Shown piece by piece: positions 52,173-61,286 of a stretch of DNA of 64,000 nt. The notes under the pieces were generated by a model, which saw only the letters and a list, made by a program, of their open reading frames with translations, was not told the DNA's origin and did no database searches. The stretch comes from Gaiellales bacterium (GTDB lineage: Bacteria; Actinomycetota; Thermoleophilia; Gaiellales; F1-60-MAGs149): the NCBI GenBank assembly GCA_046598415.1, contig JBKJIG010000044.1:852-64851 (forward strand), given 5' to 3'. Every line of letters begins with the position of its first letter. Positions within the stretch are counted from its first letter, which is position 1. The translations under genes were made by a program, and so were the position numbers.

Positions 52173-52784
52173 GTGGCGCGGATCGCCAACTTCGATACGA
52201 GGGAGCTGGAGGTCGCTGTCGGCACTCGCACCTTCCGGCTGCGTTGTCCGCGGTCGATCGAGGAGCTCCATGACGCCGAGCTCCCGGCGGTCCCATACTG
52301 GGCCGACCTGTGGCCGTCGGCGCTCGTGCTGGCCGAGGAGCTGGCGGCGCGCGACCTGACGGGCGTCCGGCTCGTCGAGCTCGGCTGCGGCCTCGGTCTC
52401 GGCGCGATCGTCGCGGCCCAGTCCGGTGCGGACGCGGTGGCGACCGACCACGACCGCGACGCCGTGGCCTTCGCCCGCGACAACGGCCGGCGGGTGCTGG
52501 GACGACGCCTCGCGACGATGCGCGCCGACTTCGCCAACCTGCCGGACGCGCTGCTCGACCAGGCACCGTTCGACCTCGTGATCGCGGCCGACGTCCTCTA
52601 CGCGGAGGGATCGGTCGCCTCGCTGGCGGACGCGCTCGACCGGCTCGTCCGGCCCGGCGGCGAGGCGCTCGTCGCGTACCCGTGGAGCGGCCAGGCCGAT
52701 GGCGTCGTCGCCGCGCTCGGGTGGCCGGCGGTCGAGCGCGCGGAGCGCAACGCGCGCCTGGTGCGGCTGACGCGCCCCACCTAA
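52173..52784 (+). CDS. Class I SAM-dependent methyltransferase (lysine-methyltransferase/Methyltransf_16-like)
   Basis: ORF 52173..52784 (GTG). Motif I VELGCGLGLGAIVAA, post-I ATDHD, and IAADVLY. Confidence 0.8.
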   Translation: MARIANFDTRELEVAVGTRTFRLRCPRSIEELHDAELPAVPYWADLWPSALVLAEELAARDLTGVRLVELGCGLGLGAIVAAQSGADAVATDHDRDAVAFARDNGRRVLGRRLATMRADFANLPDALLDQAPFDLVIAADVLYAEGSVASLADALDRLVRPGGEALVAYPWSGQADGVVAALGWPAVERAERNARLVRLTRPT

Positions 52785-52842
52785 CAGGCGGGCGTGGCGG
52801 ATCGGCGCCCGGCACGGATCCATCTTCAGGGAGAGCTCGCGG

Positions 52843-53838
52843 TCAAAAGACGCACGGCTGCGAGAACACGAGGCCGGGCGCGCAGGGCCGGAACGTGATG
52901 CTGTCGATGACCGGCTGGGCGACTGCCATCCAGGCCGTCAGGTCGGCCTGCGTGCCGGTGACGATGCCGGCCACCGCGACGCTGCGTCCGGGCGACGTCG
53001 TGGCGAGGGTGACCCGCATCCGCATGTCCGGGTAGAGGTCGGTGCTCCACGAGCCGCTGCCGGCCGAGTTCTCGGGCGAGACCAGGGTGGGAACGCCGTG
53101 GCACGAGCTGGTGGGGGCGTCCGAGCGGGGGGCGACATCGACCCGATACCCCAGCAGCTCGCCCACCCGTACGACCGCCGGTGCGCCCGTGATGAGGTCG
53201 GGAGCCACGTGGAACATCGTCGTCAGGTGTGCCGGATCGGTCGCCTCGCCCTCGACCGGGATGAGGTCGCAGGCCGTCGCCTGCGCGGCGTGGGCGTTGT
53301 TGAGGATCGCGAGCGTCGCGGCGGGCCTGTCGGGCCGCGACAGGACCGTTCCCCATGGGTAGGCGCTGTCCACCCGCCAGCCGTCACCGACCGTGATCGT
53401 CACCTGCGGGTTGGCCTTGTGGAAGGTGTAGCGGCCGGCCGGGAAGGGGTCGAAGCAGGCGCCGCGATCGGGGTCCGGGCACGTATGTTCCCGATAGGTC
53501 TTCCCGACCGTCGCCGTCGGATCGGGCCCTGGGGTGGTTGCCGGCGTCGTCCGGCCGGCCGGGACGGAGCGGCCATCGCGCAGGCCGGCGACCGCGACGG
53601 CGGCGACGAGGATCGCGGCTGCGGCGATCACGCCGAGGGCGATGGTGAGCCGCGCCGGGCGGCGGCTCATGGGTGCATGATCGTCGATCACGAGCTGTGG
53701 CTCTTGGAACGCGTACGGCCCGAGCGGCTCGGGCGCGACGGCGTCGTGGAATGCGGCCCAGATGCGGTCCTCGAGGCCGGTGTCGATGCACTCCGGAGCC
53801 GGTGCTGAGGCGCGCAGCGTGCGCTCGAGATCACGCAT
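52843..53838 (-). CDS. Putative anti-sigma factor: single TM, Cys-containing extracytoplasmic domain of unknown fold
   Basis: ORF 52843..53838 overlaps the ECF sigma gene stop by 8 nt. TM segment LTIALGVIAAAAILVAAVAVAGL. The extracytoplasmic part has 7 Cys (EHTCPDPDRGACFDPF, ATACDL, SSCHGVP, RPCAPGLVFSQPCVF). Confidence 0.65.
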   Translation of the reverse strand: MRDLERTLRASAPAPECIDTGLEDRIWAAFHDAVAPEPLGPYAFQEPQLVIDDHAPMSRRPARLTIALGVIAAAAILVAAVAVAGLRDGRSVPAGRTTPATTPGPDPTATVGKTYREHTCPDPDRGACFDPFPAGRYTFHKANPQVTITVGDGWRVDSAYPWGTVLSRPDRPAATLAILNNAHAAQATACDLIPVEGEATDPAHLTTMFHVAPDLITGAPAVVRVGELLGYRVDVAPRSDAPTSSCHGVPTLVSPENSAGSGSWSTDLYPDMRMRVTLATTSPGRSVAVAGIVTGTQADLTAWMAVAQPVIDSITFRPCAPGLVFSQPCVF

Positions 53839-54349
53839 TGCGTGTCACCTCCAGATAGCCGCCGAGCTCGTCGAGCGCGCGGGACAGGCGTGACCAGACG
53901 GTGCCGATGGGAACCTCCAGGCGATCCGCGATCTCGGACGGCGACAGGTCGAGCCAGTAGCGCAGCACGACGACCGCGCGACGGTCCGGGTCGAGACGCG
54001 CGAGCGCCTCGCGGACGTCGGCGGGGTCGCCGTCATCGCCGTCAGCCACGCCCAGCGGCTCGATCTCGCCGGGTGTGGCGAACTGCTCGTGCCGCAGCAC
54101 GTCGACCGCGCGGTTGGTGACGATGCGCAGCAGCCACGGCCGGAACGGCCGCTCGCGATCGAAGCGGTCGGCCGAGCGGATCGCTCGCAGGAACGCGTCC
54201 TGCACGACGTCCTCCGCCCGCGCGTGGTCGCGGACGACCGCGAAGGCCGTCCGCCACGCGGCGTCCGCATGCCGCCTGAACAGCTCGCCCCACGCCGCCC
54301 GCGACCCGCCGCGGATCGCCATCAAGAGGGCCTCGTCGGTCGTGCGCAT
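53831..54349 (-). CDS. ECF-type RNA polymerase sigma-70 factor
   Basis: ORF 53831..54349. Region 2: ELFRRHADAAWRTAFAVVRDHARAEDVVQDAFLRA...RPWLLRIVTNRAVDVLR. Region 4: LDPDRRAVVVLRYWLDLSPSEIADRLEVPIGTVWSRLSRA. Confidence 0.9.
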   Translation of the reverse strand: MRTTDEALLMAIRGGSRAAWGELFRRHADAAWRTAFAVVRDHARAEDVVQDAFLRAIRSADRFDRERPFRPWLLRIVTNRAVDVLRHEQFATPGEIEPLGVADGDDGDPADVREALARLDPDRRAVVVLRYWLDLSPSEIADRLEVPIGTVWSRLSRALDELGGYLEVTRNA

Positions 54350-54468
54350 GTCTCTGATACGGACGACCAGCGCGGCTCCTTCCCGTTGCGCCGATCCTAC
54401 GCCGTCAACCGTCTAGATGGGAGGGTCGGTCCAACGCTCGGCGCCAGCCGGCTGGCCGGAGCAGCGGA

Positions 54469-55299
54469 TCATGGTCGAGCGAGCCTCTGCGAGAAACGCT
54501 CCAGCTCGGCGTTGAACTTGGCGGGCTCCTCCCACATGGGCGTGTGCCCGCTGTCCTCGAAGATGACGAGCTCGGAGCCGGGGATGTGCGCGGCGAGCCA
54601 GTCGCCGTGCTCCCGCTTGTACATCTTCGGATCGACACCGAAGTGGACCTGCGTCGGGAAGTCGATCTTCGGGAACGCCGGCATCGAGTCATGGACCGTC
54701 TGCGCATACAGCGCGACCGCCGCGATGTGCGCCGGCGTGCGGAGGTAGTCGGCGGTCATCCAGTCGTGCTCCGCGGGCGTCGGCTGGTTCTTCACCATGA
54801 GGGCCATGTTGTTGCGCACGAACGGCTCGCGGTCGGTCTGCAGCGCGTGGATCCACTCCGGCAGGTCGTCGTGGGTCATGATCCCGTGCTCGTACTCCGG
54901 GGTGATCAGGTCGCTGGCGCTCTGTCCGACGAACACCATGCCCGACGCCTGGCCGGCGCCGAACTGCAGCACGTAGTTCCAGAGGACGATCGAGCCCATC
55001 GACCAGCCGGCGATTAGCGGATGCTCGACCCTGAGCCCCTCGACGACGTCGTGGACGTCCCGGGCGTACTGATCCATGGTGTGGCCCGACTCGGTCTTCT
55101 CCGAGCTGCCGTGGCCGCGGAAGTCGAACGCCACGACGCGGTGGTTCTCGGCCAGCGGACCGATGTTGCGCTGGAACCACCGGAGGCTGCCGGACCAGCC
55201 GTGCAGCAGCACGATCGCGGGGCCGGATCCAACATCGACGTACGCGAACTCCGTACCGTCGGGGCCGCGGAGGCGCTGCTCCGTCAGTTCACCACTCAT
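54469..55299 (-). CDS. Alpha/beta-fold hydrolase
   Basis: ORF 54469..55299. Motifs: VLLHGWSGS, nucleophile elbow AGWSMGS, C-terminal DSGHTPMWEEP. Confidence 0.9.
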   Translation of the reverse strand: MSGELTEQRLRGPDGTEFAYVDVGSGPAIVLLHGWSGSLRWFQRNIGPLAENHRVVAFDFRGHGSSEKTESGHTMDQYARDVHDVVEGLRVEHPLIAGWSMGSIVLWNYVLQFGAGQASGMVFVGQSASDLITPEYEHGIMTHDDLPEWIHALQTDREPFVRNNMALMVKNQPTPAEHDWMTADYLRTPAHIAAVALYAQTVHDSMPAFPKIDFPTQVHFGVDPKMYKREHGDWLAAHIPGSELVIFEDSGHTPMWEEPAKFNAELERFSQRLARP

Positions 55300-55320
55300 C
55301 GTTCCGACCTCCGTCGCTCG

Positions 55321-55665
55321 TCAGGACAGCGGGCCGCCCGGTCCGTGCAGCTCGACCCACTGCGGCCAATCGGCGCGCCGCATGGCGCGGTGCCTCTCGA
55401 CATCGGCCCGCTCAGCGTGGTGCGCGTCGAGCCAGGCGATGATCTCGTCGGCGTCCGAGATGGGGCCGGCCGGCGTCAGCAGCGTGGGGATGCCCACCGC
55501 GCCGCCGGTGGCGGCGCCCATTGCATCGCGCTCGGCCCGGTCGGCTGCTACCTGGCGCAGCACCACGTCGACGCCCAGTTCGGTCAGGCGCGTGCGGACA
55601 CGGTGGGAGTGCGGGCACCACTCGGCCTGGTACAGCTCGAGCGTGGGTAGATCGGCAGTGGGCAT
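55321..55665 (-). CDS. Glutaredoxin-like / GST N-terminal-domain thioredoxin-fold protein
   Basis: ORF 55321..55665. LELYQAEWCPHSHRVRTRL (CPxS monothiol-type site) and GIPTL. Confidence 0.7.
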   Translation of the reverse strand: MPTADLPTLELYQAEWCPHSHRVRTRLTELGVDVVLRQVAADRAERDAMGAATGGAVGIPTLLTPAGPISDADEIIAWLDAHHAERADVERHRAMRRADWPQWVELHGPGGPLS

Positions 55666-55716
55666 GCCGGGATGCTACGCGCACCGCGGCACTCACGACC
55701 TGGAGCTGCGTGCTGG

Positions 55717-56352
55717 CTACCAGTCGCGGTCGTTCGCGTAGCCGTCGGCGAGCTCGACCTCGAGCTCCTCGACCGGCTGCGGCGCTGCGGCGTGGTCCTT
55801 CCAGATGCGCGCCGGCGACGCGACGCCATCCAGGTCGCCCCATGTCTCGGGCTGCCATAGGGACGACCGGAGCATCGCGGCCGCGCAGTGCAGGAACGCC
55901 TCTTCGACCTCGACCACGACGGCGAGCTTCGGCGGCTTCGAGCCGGTGCCGACGTGGCGCTCGAGCACGGTCGGGTCGCGCGTCAGGTGCGCGCGGCCGT
56001 TGACCCGCAGCGTCTCGCCGAAGCCGGGGAGCAGGAACAGCATCCCGGCCTGCCGGGTCTCGATGATGTTGCGCAGCGAGTCGGCGAGGCGGTTGCCCTT
56101 GGCGTCGCCGAAGATGAGCGTGCCGCCGTCCTCGGACACCTCGGCGAACCCGGCGTTGCCGCCGCGCGGGGACACGTCGAGCCGGCCGTTCGTACCCACC
56201 GTGCCGAGCAGGGCGAAGGGCGAGAGCGCGATGAAATCGCGGCAGTGCTGGTCGAGGCGCCCGATGATCTTGGCGCGGACGAGTTCGCCGGGCTGGCCGA
56301 GCAGCTCGACGAGATCGGCGTGCGAGGAGACACGGTGCTGGTCGGCGATCAC
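55717..56352 (-). CDS. Pyridoxamine 5'-phosphate oxidase-family FMN-binding flavoprotein
   Basis: ORF 55717..56352. FALLGTVGTNGRLDVSPRGG...GNRLADSLRNI...AGMLFLLPGFGETLRVNGRA is typical of the PPOX-type split-barrel family common in actinobacteria. Confidence 0.85.
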   Translation of the reverse strand: MIADQHRVSSHADLVELLGQPGELVRAKIIGRLDQHCRDFIALSPFALLGTVGTNGRLDVSPRGGNAGFAEVSEDGGTLIFGDAKGNRLADSLRNIIETRQAGMLFLLPGFGETLRVNGRAHLTRDPTVLERHVGTGSKPPKLAVVVEVEEAFLHCAAAMLRSSLWQPETWGDLDGVASPARIWKDHAAAPQPVEELEVELADGYANDRDW

Positions 56353-56433
56353 GCTTCCGACTATACGCCCCGGGATGCCGGAGCGGGGTCACGGCTCCGG
56401 CCCGCACCGGCGGGTTCCCAGGCAGCGCGATCC

Positions 56434-57072
56434 TTAGAACTGACGGGTCCGGCTGGGGTCGGTGTGGGTCAGTTCGGCATCCCCGACAAGATCGGTGCTG
56501 TCGGACCTCAGCGCGTCGAGGTGCTCGCCGGCATCCTCGCGCAGGTCGGCAACGTGCTCGGCCGCGCTGGCTCCCACGGTGTCCGCCGCTTCCCTTGCCA
56601 CGTGGGTCCCGCGCTCGACGGCCTCCTGGGCGATCTCCTTGCCGTGCTGCATCGCCTCCTGCCCGACTTCGGTGGCGAGATCCTTCACGTGGTCGGCCGC
56701 GGCGCCGAGCCGCTCGTCCTCGAAGCGGCTGGACGGGAGCGCCAGGCCGAGCAGGAATCCGGCTGCGATCGAGCCGAGCGCGAGTCCGAGCGGGTTCTGC
56801 TGTGCGACGCCGGCGGCATGGCGAGCCTGGCCCGACACCTGCTGGGCATCGGGAGCGGCGTCCTTGACGGACGTGGCCGTGCCGGTGACGGCGTCCTTGA
56901 TGGAGTCCATCGTGCCGGCGAGCGAGTCCTTCGCTCGGTCGACGGTGTCGGTGACCCGGTCCTTGGCTCGCGCCGGGACATCGGCCTTGTACCCGATGGC
57001 GTCGATCGTGTTGCCCATCTCGCTCCGGGTCTGCACTATCTGCTGTCGGATCTGATCTGGCTCTGCGCCCAT
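56434..57072 (-). CDS. DUF3618-family protein
   Basis: ATG at 57072 (MGAEPDQIRQQIVQTRSEMGNTIDAIGYK) follows AAGGAGG. Central TM segment NPLGLALGSIAAGFLLGLAL. Overlaps the 3' end of the preceding gene by 37 nt. Confidence 0.75.
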   Translation of the reverse strand: MGAEPDQIRQQIVQTRSEMGNTIDAIGYKADVPARAKDRVTDTVDRAKDSLAGTMDSIKDAVTGTATSVKDAAPDAQQVSGQARHAAGVAQQNPLGLALGSIAAGFLLGLALPSSRFEDERLGAAADHVKDLATEVGQEAMQHGKEIAQEAVERGTHVAREAADTVGASAAEHVADLREDAGEHLDALRSDSTDLVGDAELTHTDPSRTRQF

Positions 57073-57446
57073 TGGACGTCCTCCTTCAGTGTTGTGATGG
57101 TCTGCTCGGGCACGGGCGATCCCACTGCCCGCACCCGCTCCTTGCCCTTCATCGCCAGAGCAGCAGCGCCGGCGCCATACACCACGGTCACGATCAGGCC
57201 GGCCAGCCACGCGTCGACCCATGTCGCGAGCACGAGGATCAGCGTCGCGGTCAGTGCACCAAAGGCACCCATCGCGAGCAGCCCGCCGCCACTGATGAGG
57301 CCGACGCCGACGCCGGCGCGCTTGCCTTTCTGGCGCATCTCGGCCTTTGCCAGCTCCAGCTCCTGCCGGACGAGGGTCGAGATCTGCTCGGACAGCTGGC
57401 CGAACAGCTCCCCGATCGGGCGCTCGTGGAGGTCAGGGCCGTTCAC
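57036..57446 (-). CDS. Holin-X / DUF1469 (Phage_holin_3_6-like) small membrane protein
   Basis: GTG at 57446 has a GTGA overlap with the upstream stop. LVRQELELAKAEMRQKGKRAGVGVGLISGGGLL followed by two TM segments. Confidence 0.7.
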   Translation of the reverse strand: MNGPDLHERPIGELFGQLSEQISTLVRQELELAKAEMRQKGKRAGVGVGLISGGGLLAMGAFGALTATLILVLATWVDAWLAGLIVTVVYGAGAAALAMKGKERVRAVGSPVPEQTITTLKEDVQWAQSQIRSDSR

Positions 57447-57958
57447 GGCGATCCCGCCGACGGGAACTGCGGCGATGCGGCGCCCGCCGGGCGAGCCGCC
57501 GGCGCGTCGTAGCGTCGCTCGCTCGAGGCCTTCAGGAACCGCGACGCCGCGACGCCGACGAGCACGCCGCCGACGACGACCGCCCACGGGTTGCGCCGCG
57601 CGATCCGCTCGGCGTCGGCGAGGATCCGATCGGCGTCGGCCTGCTCGAGGTACCCGCCGAGGCGATGCGCCTGGGTGGCTGCGCGATCCGCCACCTGAGC
57701 GGCGACGGCGTTGCCGTGCGCGCGCAGCTCGTCACCGGACGACCGCAACGCGTCGGCGCCGGCCGACAGCTGGGATCCCGCATCGGTCGAGCGCTGATCG
57801 ATCTGCTCGCGGACCTTCACGTCGGCCTTCGTGGCCGCGTCGCCGACGGCCGCCTGGGCACGTTCGGCGACCTCCTGCGCCTGCTCTTTCGCCTGATCGA
57901 TCGCCGGTGTGCCGGTGCTCTCGTCCGCGGGCGCGATCGCGCCGGGATTCGTATACAT
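57443..57958 (-). CDS. Hypothetical tail-anchored stress protein (ElaB/DUF883-like C-terminus)
   Basis: ORF 57443..57958, with GGAGG 4 nt upstream of the ATG. Charged coiled region, then RRNPWAVVVGGVLVGVAASRFL. Confidence 0.6.
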   Translation of the reverse strand: MYTNPGAIAPADESTGTPAIDQAKEQAQEVAERAQAAVGDAATKADVKVREQIDQRSTDAGSQLSAGADALRSSGDELRAHGNAVAAQVADRAATQAHRLGGYLEQADADRILADAERIARRNPWAVVVGGVLVGVAASRFLKASSERRYDAPAARPAGAASPQFPSAGSP

Positions 57959-58244
57959 GCCGCCTCCTGGGGTCGGTGCCGGCCTCGCGCGCAGCGTCGG
58001 ACGAACCGCTCATACCGTGCGGTCGCTGGGGCAGGGCGACCACTGGCGGTTCGACGTCGACTGGCACGCGGACGGCTGTCGGATCCCGTCATCCCCGGCC
58101 AGCGCCGCGCTAACCCTCGGGCGGGAGATCGCGGCCGTAGGCGCGCGCCAGGCGATCGCGGGCGCTACGGGACCGGCGCCGGCGAGGGGCTCGACGCCGG
58201 TGTCAGTCCTGCGATCCAGGCTCCTCTCAGGTCGCGCGGCGTCG

Positions 58245-59489
58245 TCATCGGGTGAGGTAGTCGTAGGCCGACAGGAGATGCGTGCGCAGCACGTGCAGGT
58301 AGTCGGCGATCTCGACGTGCTCGTCGGCACCGCCCATGCCGATCGGAGGGGGCCCGTAGACGTAGGCAGGCACGCCTCTCTGACGCCAGAGTCGCGCATC
58401 GGTGCCGCCGAGCGACACGATCGGCTTCGGTCGCACGCCGGTCAGCTGCTCAACGTTGTCCTGCATGATCCCGATCATCGCGCCGTGCGGATCGCACCAG
58501 TAGCCCGCCGTGTGGTTGATCTCCTCGACCGTCGCCTCGGGGTGGCGGGCGACGATCGCCTCGACCTCGCGCATGACCGTGCCGCGCTCGATGCCGAGGG
58601 GCAGGCGGATATCGATCTCGAGCCGGCACTCGCTCGGGATCATGTTGACCTTCAGCCCGGCCTCCATGCGTCCGACGTTGACCGTCACGTTGCCGATGAT
58701 GTCGGCGGCACCGTCGCCCAGCGTGCGGTCGATCTCGACGCGCGCAGCCTCGGTCAAGGGTGTGAGCTGAGGCGAGATCGGCGCCTCGATCGCCTCCAGC
58801 GTCTCGAGCTCGGTCACGAGCAGTGCGGCGATGCGGCTGGCGCTGCCGGTGAGATGGACGTAGGCGCCGTGCGCGCCGCGCGTCTTCACCGTGACCGCGA
58901 GCCACAGTAGGCCGCGTTCGCCGAAGCGGATCGTCTCCGGGCCGGATGGCTCGCCGTTCAGGCAGCAATCGCCGAGCACCTCGTCGGCGTGATGCTCCAT
59001 CAGGTAGCGCGTGCCCCACGGCCCGAACGTCTCCTCGTCCGAGACGACGGTGAGCGTGACGCGACCCTTGAGCTGATCCCGGATGCGGTGGAGGTAGAGG
59101 TACGTCCAGATCGAACAGCTGGTGCCGCACTTCATGTCGCTCGCGCCGCGGCCCCAGATCCGGTCGTCGACGACGGCGCCGCTCCACGGGTCGTGCTGCC
59201 AGGTCTCGTTGCCGACCGGGAACACGTCGGTGTGGCCGTTCAGCACGAGGTGCGGGCCACCGGCGGATCCCTCGAAGGTCGCGACGATGTTCGGCATCGT
59301 CGGCTCGGGATCGATCACCCTGTAGGCGATCCCCTCGGCATCGAGCAGCGCGCGCACGCACGCCGTCGCGGCGAGGGTGTCGCCGGGCGGGTTCGGACTC
59401 CTGGCGCGGATGAACCCGGCGAGGAACTCCACCAGTCGGTCGCGGTCGCTCTCGATCGTCTCGAGCAGCGTCGCCTTCGCGTCGGACAA
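58245..59489 (-). CDS. M20-family metallopeptidase/deacylase (ArgE/DapE/CPG2-like)
   Basis: ORF 58245..59489. Motifs: LVLNGHTDVFP, GRGASDMK, SDEETFG, GGTDARL. Confidence 0.9.
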   Translation of the reverse strand: MSDAKATLLETIESDRDRLVEFLAGFIRARSPNPPGDTLAATACVRALLDAEGIAYRVIDPEPTMPNIVATFEGSAGGPHLVLNGHTDVFPVGNETWQHDPWSGAVVDDRIWGRGASDMKCGTSCSIWTYLYLHRIRDQLKGRVTLTVVSDEETFGPWGTRYLMEHHADEVLGDCCLNGEPSGPETIRFGERGLLWLAVTVKTRGAHGAYVHLTGSASRIAALLVTELETLEAIEAPISPQLTPLTEAARVEIDRTLGDGAADIIGNVTVNVGRMEAGLKVNMIPSECRLEIDIRLPLGIERGTVMREVEAIVARHPEATVEEINHTAGYWCDPHGAMIGIMQDNVEQLTGVRPKPIVSLGGTDARLWRQRGVPAYVYGPPPIGMGGADEHVEIADYLHVLRTHLLSAYDYLTR

Positions 59490-59688
59490 GACGGATCTCC
59501 CCCGGTCTCAGCGGCACCCGATTCCCGGATACTCCGCCGAGCGATCGTAACGAAGCAGCGGTGTGGGATCACCCCCGGGTCTTCGTCGGCGAGGAGCCCT
59601 GTCGAACGCGCCACGCGGCCTCGCCGAGACGTTTGCCTGGGTCGCTACCGGGAAGTCACGAGTCCCCACCGAAGCGAAGGAGGCCCCG

Positions 59689-59853
59689 ATGGGTCTGATG
59701 GACGACGCCAAAGGCAAGGCCAAGGAAGCCCAAGGCAAGCTCACGGACGATAAGTCGAAGGAAGCCGAGGGCAAGCTCGACCAGGCGAAGGGCGACGTGA
59801 AGGACGCGGGCAACGCCGCAGCCGACGCGGTCAGAGACGCCACCGATCGATAG
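59689..59853 (+). CDS. CsbD-family general stress protein
   Basis: ATG at 59689 follows GAAGGAGG. MGLMDDAKGKAKEAQGKLTDDKSKEAEGKLDQAKGDVKDAG is a textbook CsbD repeat pattern. Confidence 0.8.
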   Translation: MGLMDDAKGKAKEAQGKLTDDKSKEAEGKLDQAKGDVKDAGNAAADAVRDATDR

Positions 59854-59859
59854 TGGCAC

Positions 59860-59906
59860 GGCGCCTCGGAGGTGCAGTCCGCGACGACTGCTCCTCCGAG
59901 GGCGCC
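59860..59906. terminator. Long hairpin after csbD
   Basis: GGCGCCTCGGAGGTGCAGTC cgcgac GACTGCTCCTCCGAGGGCGCC: a stem of about 19 bp with one mismatch and one bulge, starting 7 nt after the stop. Confidence 0.55.
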
Positions 59907-59941
59907 CATCGAGTCCGTTTCGGGGTCGCGTTTCCCCGCTC

Positions 59942-60223
59942 TCAGACTCCCGTCGCGCTCGACGATGGCGTGGTTCGTTCAGTCTCGCGGGATCGCCGGT
60001 TGCGGAGGCGTGAGCCGAAGCGGTTCAGGCCGATGCCGAGCGCCAGGATCAGCGCGTTGAACACGAAGTAGAGAACGACGATGTCGTCGGGGTTGGCATC
60101 GTGGACGACGATCGTCTGGATCGGGAAGATGATCGCCCAGAGTCCGAGATACAGCGCGAGGCCGCGGCGGCCTCCGAAGTATCCGAGCGGGCCGGCGATG
60201 ACGATGGCTGCGATGAGCTCCAT
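59942..60223 (-). CDS. Small hypothetical membrane protein (3 TM, 93 aa)
   Basis: ATG at 60223 follows AGGAGGA. MELIAAIVIAGPLGYFGG...LWAIIFPIQTIVV...YFVFNALILALGIGL. Basic C-terminal tail. Confidence 0.55.
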   Translation of the reverse strand: MELIAAIVIAGPLGYFGGRRGLALYLGLWAIIFPIQTIVVHDANPDDIVVLYFVFNALILALGIGLNRFGSRLRNRRSRETERTTPSSSATGV

Positions 60224-60308
60224 GGGGTCCTCCTGCGTTTGGCGCTGGCATGTCCAGTCAACCATCGCCGTGTCGCTCTGGCCTCGTCCCGAGGAGCGAA
60301 CTTCGGCC

Positions 60309-61286
60309 TCATCCCTCGGAGGGACAAGCCGTCACCGCCTCGCCCGCCGGGATGCGGGCGTGAAGCCGCCAGCCGCCCGCGCCGACCGAGCCGGCGTCGA
60401 GACGTCCGCCGACCGACTCGACCCGCTCCCGCAACCCCTCGAGGCCGAGCCCCGAGCCGGCACCGGAGAGGCTGTTCGGGGCATCCCCACTCTCGTCGTG
60501 CAGCTCGATCTCGAGTGCTCCCTCCTCCACCGCCACGCGCAACCGGACATCGGCACCGGGTGCGTGCTTCATGGCGTTCGTCAGCCCTTCCTGAACGATC
60601 CGGTAGGCGAGCTGTTCCAGCGCGGGCCGCAGGCGCACGTCCGGCAGGTCGACGGTGCGCAGCTTCAGCCCGGCGGCCTGCGCATGCGCGAGGAGGGCGT
60701 CGATCCTCGTGCCGTCCCCCTCGCTGCCGCCCGCTTCCGGCTGCAACAGATCGACGAGGCGGCTCATCTCTGCGAGCGCCTCCTCACCGGACCGGCGGAT
60801 CACGGCGCATCGTTCCGCGGCCCCGTCGTCGTCGATCGCCATTCGACCCGCTCCCGCCTGGATCACGATGACTGCCAGGTGGTGCGCGACGATGTCGTGG
60901 AGCTCGCGGGCGATCCGCGTGCGCTCGTGACGCACCAGGACGAGCGCGAGGGCTTCCTGCTCGACCTCGAGCTCGCGCTCGCGCGCTCGCAGGATGCCGA
61001 GCAGCTGCTCCTGTGAGCGAAGCACGCGGCCCGCCACCCATGGCACCGCTGTACAGAGGGCGGCCGGTACCACGCCGGCACCACCGGCGACCAGCGCGGC
61101 GAACATGGCCAGCACCGCCGCCACGCCGGCGCGCGGCTCCGCGTATCGTCCACAGGCGTAGGCGACCATCCCGACGCCGAGGGTGGTGGGCAGGTCCGGA
61201 AGGCTGAGGCCGAGGATCGCCGCCACGAGCAACGCGCCCGCCACGCCGAACGCCGCCGCGGCGGGGATGATGGGTCGCTCAGCCAC
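60309..61286 (-). CDS. NarL-type sensor histidine kinase (HisKA_3 plus HATPase_c)
   Basis: GTG at 61286 overlaps the upstream gene by 8 nt. H-box RTRIARELHDIVAHHLAVI, N-box QEGLTNAMKHA, G-boxes DESGDAP and GSGLGLEGLRERVESVGG. Confidence 0.85.
   Translation of the reverse strand: MAERPIIPAAAAFGVAGALLVAAILGLSLPDLPTTLGVGMVAYACGRYAEPRAGVAAVLAMFAALVAGGAGVVPAALCTAVPWVAGRVLRSQEQLLGILRARERELEVEQEALALVLVRHERTRIARELHDIVAHHLAVIVIQAGAGRMAIDDDGAAERCAVIRRSGEEALAEMSRLVDLLQPEAGGSEGDGTRIDALLAHAQAAGLKLRTVDLPDVRLRPALEQLAYRIVQEGLTNAMKHAPGADVRLRVAVEEGALEIELHDESGDAPNSLSGAGSGLGLEGLRERVESVGGRLDAGSVGAGGWRLHARIPAGEAVTACPSEG

Noticed and set aside
57036-57446. Holin-family gene as evidence for a prophage lysis cassette.
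   Set aside because: No endolysin, portal, capsid, tail, integrase or att-like features are nearby. The gene is embedded in a conserved-looking stress triad, and the Holin-X family name does not imply phage origin.
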